From an archaeon (GTDB taxonomy: Archaea; Undinarchaeota; CAZHTU01; JBDRCC01), in NCBI GenBank assembly GCA_043822065.1, contig JBDRCC010000019.1:1-46783 (forward strand): a stretch of 46,783 bases of DNA. Reading direction: 5' to 3'. The notes beneath the pieces were generated by a model that was given only the letters and a program-made list of their open reading frames with translations, did not search any database and was not told where the DNA came from. The translations under genes were made by a program, and so were the position numbers. This document shows positions 9,177-18,074 of the stretch, piece after piece. Numbering within the stretch: the first letter of the stretch is position 1; each line of letters opens with the position of its first letter.

Positions 9177-10100
9177 TTACTTTTCCCCGCAGAGCCTGAG
9201 AAGCTCTTCCCAGTCGCGGTCGACCTTCTGCTTGAGCTTTTCGAGTATTTGCTTGTTCTCCGGGGCGAGGAGGTGCTTGAACCTGCCCTGCGGCTTGAGG
9301 AAGTCCTCGAGCGGCTTTTTCTGGGCTGGCTTGTAGTTGAGCTTGTACTTGCCGTTCTCTATCTCGTAAAGCGGCCAGAAGCATGTGTCTGCTGCGAGCT
9401 TGGTTATCTCAACAGTCATGTCAGTGGGTATCTTCCACATCAGGGTGCATGGCGAGTAGATGTTCAGGAACGCCGGACCGTCAGCATTGAATGCCTTCTC
9501 TGCCTTCTGGATTATGTCGCGGAAGTTGTGGACTGCGGACTGGCCGATGTATGGGATGTTGTGGGCTGCGACTATCTTGGTCAGGTCCTTCCGGAAGAGG
9601 TCCTTGCCCTTTTTGACAGCCCCGACCGGGGTCGTGGATGTCTCCGCGCCGAACTCGGTTGCGGATGAGCGCTGGTTTCCGGTGTTCATGTATGCCTGGT
9701 TGTTGTAGCAGACCAGGACGACGTTGTGGTTGCGCTCAAGCGTCCCGGAGAGGCTCTGGAGACCTATGTCGTAGGTGCCGCCGTCCCCTGCAAATGCAAC
9801 GAACTTGATGTCCTTGGTGACCTTGCCCTTTTTCTTGAGAGCCCTGAAGGCAGTTTCTACACCAGCCATCGTGGAGTGCGAGTTGCCGAAGCAGCTGTGG
9901 ACGAAAGGTATGTTCCACGCATTGTTAGGGTAGGTCGTGGATGTGACCTCAAGGCAGCCCGTCGCAGCTGCAGCAATTATTGGGTTTTTTGTCCCACGCA
10001 GGACGTTCCTGACGACTATCGGTATCCCGCAGCCGGAGCATGTCGCATGCCCTGGGACGAACTTCCTTTCCTGCTCTATGATTTTTTTTATGTCTTCCAT
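9177..10100 (-). CDS. porB: Pyruvate/2-oxoacid:ferredoxin oxidoreductase beta subunit
   Basis: PGHATCSGCG, ATGCLEV, TPP-binding GDGGTYDIGLQSLSG...YNNQAYMNTG. Confidence 0.92.
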   Translation of the reverse strand: MEDIKKIIEQERKFVPGHATCSGCGIPIVVRNVLRGTKNPIIAAAATGCLEVTSTTYPNNAWNIPFVHSCFGNSHSTMAGVETAFRALKKKGKVTKDIKFVAFAGDGGTYDIGLQSLSGTLERNHNVVLVCYNNQAYMNTGNQRSSATEFGAETSTTPVGAVKKGKDLFRKDLTKIVAAHNIPYIGQSAVHNFRDIIQKAEKAFNADGPAFLNIYSPCTLMWKIPTDMTVEITKLAADTCFWPLYEIENGKYKLNYKPAQKKPLEDFLKPQGRFKHLLAPENKQILEKLKQKVDRDWEELLRLCGEK

Positions 10101-11266
10101 TATCTCACACCTATGAACCTAAGATTGTCATCGACGCTGCCCTTGAGCATGTCGTCGAATACCTTCCGTATCTCTGTCTTGAATATGTCCCTTCCGCCTA
10201 TGCCGAAGATGTAGCTCTGCAGGTTCGGCTTGTCGGACTCGTTTGCAAGAGCTGCGCGAATGTCAGTGTATATCGGCGGATATGCGCCGTACGCCTCCGA
10301 CCTGTCAAGGACTGCGACATTCTGTATCGGCTTAAGCGCCTCAACTATCTCCTTGTATGGGAACGGCCGGTACAGCCTTGGCTTCAGCAGCCCGACTTTC
10401 TTGCCCTTTGCGCGGTACTCGTCGATGACGTCCTTTGTCATTCCGGCGGTTGAGTTTAGGACAACTATAGCCGCTTCGGCGTCGTCAAGCATGTATGATT
10501 CAAAGAGGGGGTGCTCATGGCCCGTGATTTTTGTGAGTTCGCTGGCAAGCTTCGGGTAGACCTTTAGGGCGTTCTCCATCGCGAGCGTCTGCTGCCTCTT
10601 GTTCTCGTAGCAGTACTCCTTGAGCTTCATAGGGCCGACGCACCAGCGCTTTTCCAGGTCAAACAGGGGGAACGGCGCGTTCCACTCGCCAACGTATTTC
10701 TTTATCTCGGCATCGTCAAATATTTCGACGGCAACCATGTTGTGGCTTGTGATGAATCCGTCCTGGCAGATCATTATTGGAAGGAGCACGTCCTTGTGCT
10801 CTGCGAGCCTTAGTCCGAGCAGGGTGCCCTCGTATGCCTCCTGCGGGTTCTCATTGTACAGCTGGAGCCAGCCAAGGTCGCGGCAGACCATTGAGTCCGT
10901 AGTGTCGCAGTGGATGTTGATTGGAGAGTTCAGCGCCCGGTTGCCCACGTGCATAAGTATCGGGAGCCTCAGGCCGGACGCGACCGGGAGGACCTCGTAC
11001 ATGTAAGCAACGCCCTGGGACGCCGACGCGGTCATCGCCCTTGCGCCTGCCGCAGCCGCGCCAACGCAGCCGCTCATTGCTGTGTGCTCTGATTCCGCTA
11101 GAAGCATTTCAGTGTCAACCTTTCCGTCAGCGACAAACTCGGCGAACGCCTCGACTATCGGGGAAGCCGGAGTCATGGGGTAGGCTGAGACAACGTCCGG
11201 GTTTATCTGCCTCATCGCCTCGGCTGCCGCACCATTTCCAGTCAGCGGCTTGATTGTCTTTTTCAT
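10100..11266 (-). CDS. porA: Pyruvate/2-oxoacid:ferredoxin oxidoreductase alpha subunit
   Basis: Start taken at MKKTIKPLTGNGAAA (overlaps porD stop); AYPMTP, ESEH, TASASQG, QDGFITSH, RPFP, GIGGRD. Confidence 0.92.
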   Translation of the reverse strand: MKKTIKPLTGNGAAAEAMRQINPDVVSAYPMTPASPIVEAFAEFVADGKVDTEMLLAESEHTAMSGCVGAAAAGARAMTASASQGVAYMYEVLPVASGLRLPILMHVGNRALNSPINIHCDTTDSMVCRDLGWLQLYNENPQEAYEGTLLGLRLAEHKDVLLPIMICQDGFITSHNMVAVEIFDDAEIKKYVGEWNAPFPLFDLEKRWCVGPMKLKEYCYENKRQQTLAMENALKVYPKLASELTKITGHEHPLFESYMLDDAEAAIVVLNSTAGMTKDVIDEYRAKGKKVGLLKPRLYRPFPYKEIVEALKPIQNVAVLDRSEAYGAYPPIYTDIRAALANESDKPNLQSYIFGIGGRDIFKTEIRKVFDDMLKGSVDDNLRFIGVR

Positions 11267-11535
11267 TTCAGCTCGCTCTCCATTGCTATGCATTTGACAG
11301 GGCAGATCTTCACGCATATGCCGCAGCCCTTGCAGTAATCGAAATCAGTTTCGGCACGCTTCCCGCCCTTGTACGGAATGCAGTCCTCTGGGCAGTAGTA
11401 GGAGCAAAGCGCGCAGTTGATGCACTTCTTTGAGTCCCAGACAGGGCGCTCGGATCTCCATGAGCCTGTTTTGTTCCTGAGCGAGGTCGCGGGTTCGTTC
11501 ACGCCGCCAATCCTCGTAGTCTCCCATTCGCTCAT
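11263..11535 (-). CDS. porD: POR delta subunit (2x[4Fe-4S])
   Basis: NKTGSWRSERP, CINCALCSYYCP, DYCKGCGICVKICP. Confidence 0.93.
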   Translation of the reverse strand: MSEWETTRIGGVNEPATSLRNKTGSWRSERPVWDSKKCINCALCSYYCPEDCIPYKGGKRAETDFDYCKGCGICVKICPVKCIAMESELK

Positions 11536-12101
11536 TTTATCTGGTAGCCCTCCGCCATTGCCTTGAGGTTTGCCTCTACCAGCTCAGGCTTTAGCCTGCC
11601 TGCGTAGTTCTCCTTGAAGAGAGTCTGGAGAGTCTTCAGGCTTACCAAGCCGGTGAGCTTTGAAAGCGCACCGAGCATGATGACGTTCGGGAAGTTCTTC
11701 CCCATGAGCCTGAATGCGATTTCCGTGGCATCAACTGTGTGGATGTTGCCGCTGAAGCCGGTCTTCTTGCGTATAACGTCCGGCGCCTGGTTGGTGTTGA
11801 TTATGAACAGGCCGTCTTTCTTGAGCCCGTCTGCAACCTTTATCTTATCTAGCAGGGAGGAGTCAAGAACGAGGAGTACGTCCGGCTCGATTACCTGTTC
11901 AGTCGTCCTGATTTGTTTCTTGGAAATCCTGACAAATGTCCGCATCGGGGCGCCGGTCCGGTCCGCGCCGTATTCCGGGAAGGCCTGGATGTATTTTCCA
12001 TCGAGGAGCGCGCCTTCAACAAAGATGTTTGAGGCGACTTTTGCGCCCTGTCCTGCCCTCGCATGGAACCTAATCTCAACCGTCTCTTTGTCAAGAACCA
12101 T
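11532..12101 (-). CDS. porC: POR gamma subunit
   Basis: EIRFHARAGQGA, QAFPEYGADRTGAP, VDATEIA, PNVIMLGAL. Confidence 0.92.
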   Translation of the reverse strand: MVLDKETVEIRFHARAGQGAKVASNIFVEGALLDGKYIQAFPEYGADRTGAPMRTFVRISKKQIRTTEQVIEPDVLLVLDSSLLDKIKVADGLKKDGLFIINTNQAPDVIRKKTGFSGNIHTVDATEIAFRLMGKNFPNVIMLGALSKLTGLVSLKTLQTLFKENYAGRLKPELVEANLKAMAEGYQIK

Positions 12102-12127
12102 AGGCGGTAGTATTGGTATCGCAGGTT

Positions 12128-12958
12128 TTAAAGTTTTTGGTATAAACCGCGCATCAGCATGGCGTCGCCTTCAATATTCGGGCTTTCAGAGATTGCACAG
12201 CCGGAAATATTGAATTCCTTCCAGGCGGAGAGGAGTTCTTTGTACTTCAGGTCGGACTCTTCCAAAGTGAGATGGTTGAGTTCGCCCTTTTTGGAGTAGT
12301 TTATCCCGGAGAAGTGGATGTGCATGTTTTTGAGGGCTTCATGCCCGAGAGACTTCTCGATTTTTTCGAGAGTTGACCTGAACTCGGCAGCGGAGTTCTC
12401 CTTCCCGCCGCTCCGTGAATGGAGATGGGCAAAGTCAACGCAGGGGAGGACCTGGTCTATTTCGGAAGACAGCCGGAGTATCTCATCAAGGGAGCCGAAC
12501 TGCGAAGGCTTGCCTGTTGTTTCCGGCCGGAGCCATACGTCGTTTTTTTCTGACTTTAGGGTGGAAACAATGCCTTCGAGCTGCTTCTTGACCGCCAAGT
12601 AGACGTTCTCAGGCGGCATGCCAAGGTAAAAGGCGGCGTGGAACGTGCAGGACCAGCCGCCGCATTTTTTCAGGACCCTTGCAGTCTCCAGGATCCGGTT
12701 TGCGCTTGCCCTGAGCTTTTCCGGCTCCTTCGCATTGAGGTTTACGTAGTAAGGCCCGTGGGCAGTCATGGTTATGCCTGCCTTTTTCCGCGCGGAGCTG
12801 ACTTCGGACGCGGTTTCATCGCCCATCCTTACCCCATGGACGAATTCAAGCTCCATACAGCCGAGGCCAAGCTCGCCTACCCGTATTATTCCAGCCTGGC
12901 TTGAGTGCTCCTTGGCTGAAATTGGGACTCCGGCGGTTCCGAACAGAAGCTTTTCCAT
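12128..12958 (-). CDS. nfo: Archaeal-type endonuclease IV (AP endonuclease 2 TIM barrel)
   Basis: FGTAGVP, MELEFV, HGPYYVNLN, FHAAFY, PETTGKPSQFGSLDE, CVDFAHLHSR, HIHFSGI, ISESP. Confidence 0.85.
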   Translation of the reverse strand: MEKLLFGTAGVPISAKEHSSQAGIIRVGELGLGCMELEFVHGVRMGDETASEVSSARKKAGITMTAHGPYYVNLNAKEPEKLRASANRILETARVLKKCGGWSCTFHAAFYLGMPPENVYLAVKKQLEGIVSTLKSEKNDVWLRPETTGKPSQFGSLDEILRLSSEIDQVLPCVDFAHLHSRSGGKENSAAEFRSTLEKIEKSLGHEALKNMHIHFSGINYSKKGELNHLTLEESDLKYKELLSAWKEFNISGCAISESPNIEGDAMLMRGLYQKL

Positions 12959-13082
12959 TGCCTACACTGAAAACAGCGATTTTGATAAATCTTTTGAAAT
13001 GAAAATTTTTCAGGTTTTTTGACAGACAGCTTTAAATAGTTTCAAGACTTTGGATTTCCCGCTATTTAGGGTGGTTGGTTGC

Positions 13083-15188
13083 ATGATAAAAACTAAAATC
13101 AAGAAGATTCAAAAGCGGGATGGGCGGATAGTCGATTTTGAGCAGCAAAAGATAACAAACGCCATATTCAAGGCGGCGCAGTCGGTCGGCGGGGAGGACA
13201 TTACTCGCGCAGAGGAGCTTTCTGACAAGGTAGTTGGGATACTTGACAAGCGGTTTGAAAAGAAAATGCCTACCGTTGAGGAGATTCAGGATGCAGTCGA
13301 GAAAGTCCTCATAGAGGAAGGGCACGCAAAGACCGCGAAGGCTTACATAATTTACAGGTACAAGCACACCGAGCTCAGGGAGGCGAAGTCCCTGCTTGGG
13401 GTGGAGGACGACGTAAAGCTTTCCTACAATGCAGTTAAGGTGCTGGAGAACAGGTACCTGAAAAAGGACGAGAACAGGAACGTCATCGAAACCCCGAGCG
13501 AAATGTTCAGGCGGGTCGCCTCGAACATAGCCAAGGCGGACAGGATATACCACAAGAAGGCGAACCTCAAGAAGGCGGAAGAGGAGTTCTACAACATGAT
13601 GGTCAACCTAGAGTTCATGCCGAACTCCCCGACGCTCATGAACGCCGGGACTGACATCCAGCAGCTTTCTGCCTGCTTCGTCCTGCCGGTTGAAGACAAC
13701 ATGGAGAGCATTTTTGAGACTCTCAAGAATACCGCCATAATACACAAGAGCGGGGGCGGGACCGGGTTCTCTTTCTCAAGGCTCAGGCCGAAGAGCGACG
13801 TGGTAAAGACTACAGGGGGCATTGCCTCCGGACCGATTTCATTCATGGGCGTTTATGACGCCGCGACAGAGGTTATAAAGCAGGGCGGAAAGAGGCGCGG
13901 CGCCAATATGGGCATACTCCGTGTCGACCACCCGAACATCATGGAGTTCATAACCGCAAAGGAGCGGAACGACGTCCTGAACAACTTCAACATATCAGTG
14001 GCCATAACTGACAAGTTCATGAGGGCTGTTGAAAAGAACGAATACTACGACCTGCTGAGCCCGCGCACAGGCAAGCCCTGCGGCAAGCTGCACGCCGGGA
14101 AGGTCTTCGCACTGATAGTCGCAATGGCGTGGAAAAACGGCGAGCCTGGCGTGGTATTCATCGACAGAATAAACAAGTTCAACCCGACGCCGCGCATCGG
14201 GCAGATAGAGAGCACAAACCCGTGCGGGGAGCAGCCGCTTCTGCCGTACGAGTCCTGCAACTTAGGCTCGATAAACCTTGTGAAGATGCTGAAGGGCAAG
14301 GACGGCAAGTACGAGATTGACTGGGAAAAGCTGAGGGGGACGATATGGAAGGCGGTGCACTTCCTTGACAACGTCATAGACATGAACAGGTACCCGCTCC
14401 AGAAGATAGAGAATATGACCAGGGCAAACAGGAAAATCGGGCTCGGGCTCATGGGCTTCGGGGACATGCTCATACTCCTTGGCATCCCGTATAACTCGGA
14501 GGGGGCGGTAAAGGCTGCCGAGAAGGTGATGAGATTCGTAGACGAGGAGTCGAAGAAGGCGTCGGTAGACCTTGCGAAGAAGAGGGGGGTATTCCCAAAC
14601 TTCAAGGGGAGTGTTTTCGACAAGCCGGGCGGGACGAGGATTAGGAACGCGACGACGACGACAATCGCCCCCACAGGGAGCATATCCATAATCTCGAACA
14701 CCTCAAGTGGGATAGAGCCGCTGTTTGCGATATCGTACGTAAGAAATGTGATGGATGGGACGGAGCTCATCGAGGTCAACCCGGTGTTTGAGCAGATAAG
14801 CAAGAGGGAGGGCATATACACCGAGGACCTCCTTAGAAGGATAACCAAGCGCGGCAGCATCCACGACTTTGAAGAGATACCTGAGCACATCAAGAAGGTC
14901 TTCGTGACTGCACACGACATCGAGCCGGAGTGGCACGTGAAGGTGCAGGCGGCTTTCCAGAGGTATGTCGACAACGCGGTTTCGAAGACGGTCAACTTCC
15001 CCAACACCGCAACAACCGCGGACGTTGAGGCGGTTTACCTGATGGCATACCGGCTGGGGTGCAAGGGCGTGACAATCTACCGGGACGGAAGCCGCGATGG
15101 CCAGGTCCTTAATATAGAGACGGTCAACAAGGATGCGAAGAAAGTTTCTGCGACCTACTCTGGCGGATGCCCGACCTGTGACCTATAA
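13083..15188 (+). CDS. nrdJ: Class II (adenosylcobalamin-dependent) ribonucleotide reductase with N-terminal ATP cone
   Basis: ATP cone [11 protein letters not shown]...VEEIQDAVE; [63 protein letters not shown]; C-terminal CPTC. TTTAAATA at about 13031 upstream. Confidence 0.93.
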   Translation: MIKTKIKKIQKRDGRIVDFEQQKITNAIFKAAQSVGGEDITRAEELSDKVVGILDKRFEKKMPTVEEIQDAVEKVLIEEGHAKTAKAYIIYRYKHTELREAKSLLGVEDDVKLSYNAVKVLENRYLKKDENRNVIETPSEMFRRVASNIAKADRIYHKKANLKKAEEEFYNMMVNLEFMPNSPTLMNAGTDIQQLSACFVLPVEDNMESIFETLKNTAIIHKSGGGTGFSFSRLRPKSDVVKTTGGIASGPISFMGVYDAATEVIKQGGKRRGANMGILRVDHPNIMEFITAKERNDVLNNFNISVAITDKFMRAVEKNEYYDLLSPRTGKPCGKLHAGKVFALIVAMAWKNGEPGVVFIDRINKFNPTPRIGQIESTNPCGEQPLLPYESCNLGSINLVKMLKGKDGKYEIDWEKLRGTIWKAVHFLDNVIDMNRYPLQKIENMTRANRKIGLGLMGFGDMLILLGIPYNSEGAVKAAEKVMRFVDEESKKASVDLAKKRGVFPNFKGSVFDKPGGTRIRNATTTTIAPTGSISIISNTSSGIEPLFAISYVRNVMDGTELIEVNPVFEQISKREGIYTEDLLRRITKRGSIHDFEEIPEHIKKVFVTAHDIEPEWHVKVQAAFQRYVDNAVSKTVNFPNTATTADVEAVYLMAYRLGCKGVTIYRDGSRDGQVLNIETVNKDAKKVSATYSGGCPTCDL

Positions 15189-15763
15189 TGGTTAGGAAAA
15201 TACAGAGGATACGGGAGAAGCTGGGCTTAGTACACGTTTATACCGGGACGGGCAAGGGGAAGACCACAATGTCCCTTGGCATTGCTTTCAGGGCGCTGGG
15301 CTACGGGCTGTCGGTGTGCATCATCCAGTTCATGAAAGGCCCCATAATCACGGGGGAGCTCAAGCTGCGGAGGAAGTTCCCGACGCGGCTGAGGGTCAGG
15401 AGCTACGGCACGAGGTGCACAAGCCATGAGCCAGACGTGACCTGCCCGAACTGCTTCGTGGAGAAGGAAGGGGATATGCGGGAGGCAAAGAGGGCGTTCG
15501 CATATGCGAAAGGGGTCCTGGAGTCCGGAAAGTTTGACGTGGTCATACTCGATGAGATAAACGTTGCCGTCGCAATGCGGCTCATCAAGCTGGAGCAGGT
15601 TGCCAGGCTGGTAAAAAACAAGATGCCGTGCACCGAGCTTGTCCTGACTGGCAGGGGGGCGCCAAAGACGCTCATAGACCTTGCAGATGTCGTGACCGAG
15701 ATGCGCGAGATAAAGCACCCGTTCGCAGACGGAGTCGTGGCTAGAAAGGGTATAGACTACTGA
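15188..15763 (+). CDS. cobO: Cob(I)yrinic acid a,c-diamide adenosyltransferase (CobO/BtuR/CobA type)
   Basis: GLVHVYTGTGKGKTT, IQFMKG, VILDEINVA, ELVLTGR, EMREIKHPF, ARKGIDY. TAATG overlap with nrdJ. Confidence 0.9.
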   Translation: MVRKIQRIREKLGLVHVYTGTGKGKTTMSLGIAFRALGYGLSVCIIQFMKGPIITGELKLRRKFPTRLRVRSYGTRCTSHEPDVTCPNCFVEKEGDMREAKRAFAYAKGVLESGKFDVVILDEINVAVAMRLIKLEQVARLVKNKMPCTELVLTGRGAPKTLIDLADVVTEMREIKHPFADGVVARKGIDY

Positions 15764-15836
15764 CGCTTTCTTGGTGCAGCTTCTTTTGCAAAGAAGGTGC
15801 GGCGGCGTGGTCGCCAGAAAGGGGATAGACTACTAA
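15731..15836 (+). repeat. Imperfect direct repeat of the last 11 codons of cobO flanking a hairpin
   Basis: 15731-15763 GGAGTCGTGGCTAGAAAGGGTATAGACTACTGA and 15804-15836 GGCGTGGTCGCCAGAAAGGGGATAGACTACTAA both encode GVVARKGIDY*. A hairpin GCA-G-CTTCTTT-TGC-AAAGAAG-G-TGC lies at 15776-15800. Confidence 0.8.
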
Positions 15837-16276
15837 ACCTCGTCCAGGACTATTATCGTGTTAGTGCTCTCGACGCCCTGAATTTTTCTGAGGGTGTGTA
15901 TCGTGAAGTCGTTCATTTCCCGGATGTTCCTGTACCTCGTCTTCAGGAGCAGGTCGCTTGTGCCGGTTATGATGTAGGCGCTTTCGACTGCGGGATATTT
16001 CCTAAGCTTTAGCGCGAGCTTTTTCTGGTCTACGACCCCGGCCTCGTCCTTGTATGCCGCGCTCATGAGTATGAATGCGCATATGCCCTTGTCAAGCTTC
16101 TCGTAGTCAAGCTCTACTGTGAACTTCTTTATGACGCCGGACTCGACAAGCCGCTTTATCCGGTTGTGGACTGTGGTTATGGGTATGCCCGTCTTTTTTG
16201 CAATCTGGTTGGTCGTCAGCCTGGCGTTTTCCTTCAGCGCCCCGAGGATTTTCAGGTCTTTTTCATCTACACCCAT
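15833..16276 (-). CDS. Lrp/AsnC family transcriptional regulator
   Basis: DEKDLKILGALKENARL...IAKKTGIPITTVHNRIKRL...GVIKKF HTH; YIITGTSDLLLK RAM domain. Start moved to MGVDEK. Confidence 0.92.
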   Translation of the reverse strand: MGVDEKDLKILGALKENARLTTNQIAKKTGIPITTVHNRIKRLVESGVIKKFTVELDYEKLDKGICAFILMSAAYKDEAGVVDQKKLALKLRKYPAVESAYIITGTSDLLLKTRYRNIREMNDFTIHTLRKIQGVESTNTIIVLDEV

Positions 16277-16280
16277 GATT

Positions 16281-16295
16281 TGGAATAATATTCCA
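16281..16295. promoter_or_regulatory. Perfect 7-1-7 palindrome, candidate Lrp operator
   Basis: TGGAATA-A-TATTCCA between the divergent lrp and asparagine synthetase genes, next to TATATAAA. Confidence 0.55.
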
Positions 16296-16372
16296 TATAG
16301 TATATAAAAGTTACTATTTTTTGCAATATATTTCATTTTTTTAGAGAAACGTATTTTAACCGGGACGGACAA

Positions 16373-17284
16373 ATGGTTGGCATGGAAAAGGAAAGGGCAT
16401 ACCAGCAGATTACGTCAGAAGTGCTAAGGCACTCCGTGGAATTTTTCCACCGGAAGGGGTTCACCCAGCTCCTGCCAGTCATGCTTTCGCCAGTCACTGA
16501 CCCGCTCGGGCCTGACCCGGGAAGCTCGGTGATAAAAACCGGGACGGTCGAATACCTCGGCCAGACGCTGTCCCTGACGCAGTCGATGGTACTCCACAAG
16601 CAGATTGCAGTCACGCGCGGGATTGAAAGGCTGTTTATCGTATCGCCGAACATAAGGCTTGAGCACCCGGACAGGGGAAAAAGCGGAAAGCACCTCTTTG
16701 AGTTCTCGCAAATAGACTTTGAGATTGCGCACGGCAAAATGGGGGATGTCTTCGGGCTTATGGAGGGGCTTTTGTGCTGGCTGATGGGGAGCATCAGGCT
16801 CAGCTGCGGAGATGAGCTGAAGCTTGTTGGAAGGGAGCTGCCTCACTTCAGGGCGCCGTTTAAGAGGCACACCACCCACGAGCTTGAAGAAAAATATGGA
16901 AAGGACTGGGAAATCACCGCGTCCCTTGGCGCGAAGGAGCCGTTCTGGGCATTGTGCCACAAAAGGGAGTTTTACGACAAGGAGGACCCGGCTGAGCCTG
17001 GGCATTACCTGAACTATGACCTGATTTACCCGGAAGGGTTCGGGGAGGCGCTGTCCGGTGCGGAAAGGGAGTACGAGTACTCCGCCCTGTTAAGGAGGAT
17101 AGGAAAGGACAGGCTTGACAAGGGGGATTACAGGCCGTACCTTGAAATGGCAAAAGCTGGCTTTGTGCCGTCTGCAGGCGCAGGCTTTGGCGTCGAGAGG
17201 CTTGTGAGGTACATAGCAGGCGCGAAGCATGTTGGCGAGGTTCAGCTGTTCAGCAGGGTGCCTGGAGTAGCTGTAGTCGTATAA
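16373..17284 (+). CDS. Archaeal asparagine synthetase (AsnRS catalytic-domain paralog lacking anticodon domain)
   Basis: LLPVMLSPVTDPL, LTQSMVLHKQ, SPNIRLE, HLFEFSQIDFE, REFYDKED, YDLIYPEGFGEALSGAEREYEY, SAGAGFGVERL; only 303 aa. Confidence 0.88.
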   Translation: MVGMEKERAYQQITSEVLRHSVEFFHRKGFTQLLPVMLSPVTDPLGPDPGSSVIKTGTVEYLGQTLSLTQSMVLHKQIAVTRGIERLFIVSPNIRLEHPDRGKSGKHLFEFSQIDFEIAHGKMGDVFGLMEGLLCWLMGSIRLSCGDELKLVGRELPHFRAPFKRHTTHELEEKYGKDWEITASLGAKEPFWALCHKREFYDKEDPAEPGHYLNYDLIYPEGFGEALSGAEREYEYSALLRRIGKDRLDKGDYRPYLEMAKAGFVPSAGAGFGVERLVRYIAGAKHVGEVQLFSRVPGVAVVV

Positions 17285-17335
17285 GCCGGCAGTCTGCAGG
17301 GTAGTGAACTGAATATGGTGTGCCCGTTAATGGGA

Positions 17336-17515
17336 CTATTCAACCATGCTTATTGCTTCGGACGGGCAGACAGAGACGCACGCGCCGCATCCAATGCAGG
17401 CACCAGGGTCAACTTTTGCCTTGTTTTTGACCATGGATATCGCCTGGACGGGGCAGGTGTTTACGCATGCCTGGCATCCGGTGCATTTTTTTGGGTCAAC
17501 TTTTGCTTTTGCCAT
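17336..17515 (-). CDS. 2x[4Fe-4S] ferredoxin (59 aa)
   Basis: Hand translation: MAKAKVDPKKCTGCQACVNTCPVQAISMVKNKAKVDPGACIGCGACVSVCPSEAISMVE*. Two CxxCxxCxxxCP motifs; below the ORF-track length cutoff. Confidence 0.93.
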   Translation of the reverse strand: MAKAKVDPKKCTGCQACVNTCPVQAISMVKNKAKVDPGACIGCGACVSVCPSEAISMVE

Positions 17516-17541
17516 GTTATCCTGAGAGTAGTGCAGGGTAT

Positions 17542-17817
17542 TTATTCTTTTTGATTTGAGGCTCGCACAAGCTTTAGCTCTTCGTTGAGCTGGCTGAGGA
17601 GCTTTTTGGCGTCCGCGCCCTCGCCTGCGACGTCCGAGACGGTCTCAAACGCAGCCATGTGGCAGCCGAAGCAGTGCAGGCCGTGCTCGATGAATATTGG
17701 TATTGAGCTAGGGAGCGCCATTATTACGTCCCTGAGCTTCATGTCCGCAGTTATTCTTGCGGGGAGCTTTATCGCTTCTACAGACTCGTTTTTTGCTGGC
17801 AGTTTTTTCTTTGGCAT
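17542..17817 (-). CDS. DUF1858-domain (hybrid-cluster-associated redox disulfide) protein
   Basis: ITADMKLRDVI...IFIEHGLHCFGCHMAAFETV matches the ITxDMxI...GxxCxGC...ETl pattern. Confidence 0.8.
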   Translation of the reverse strand: MPKKKLPAKNESVEAIKLPARITADMKLRDVIMALPSSIPIFIEHGLHCFGCHMAAFETVSDVAGEGADAKKLLSQLNEELKLVRASNQKE

Positions 17818-17894
17818 GGAGGGGATATGGGGCTGCGGTTTTTAAAATTGGCGAATCGCGAAAAGGTTAAATAAGCTTGGCGGAAAATGGTAGC

Positions 17895-18005
17895 ATGGGT
17901 GCTTTTGAGTTACTTAGTCCTATCCTGCGGAGTGCAGTTGGCGGAAGGTTTAGGTCCGAGACTGGGGTCCAGAAGAAGGCGATTCCCGAGGTCCTGGGCG
18001 GGCAG
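17895..18005 (+). pseudogene. Possible truncated remnant of an Lhr/DEAD-type helicase N-terminus
   Basis: MGAFELLSPILRSAVGGRFRSETGVQKKAIPEVLGG resembles a Q-motif region (F..L...R.....T.VQ.KAIP.iL.G), but no Walker A follows and the ORF runs into iscU antisense. Confidence 0.45.
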
Positions 18006-18074
18006 AGGATAAACAGGAACGGATTCCTATGGCCTTACTCTAAGTACATATGCACGAAGGACGCCGAAGTCTAC

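Noticed and set aside
14045-15007. 320-aa minus-strand ORF (and similar long antisense ORFs such as 31773..32714)
   Set aside because: Fully antisense to well-supported genes and has no motifs; expected from codon bias.
16373-17284. Asparaginyl-tRNA synthetase
   Set aside because: No N-terminal OB-fold anticodon domain; fits the archaeal asparagine synthetase paralog.
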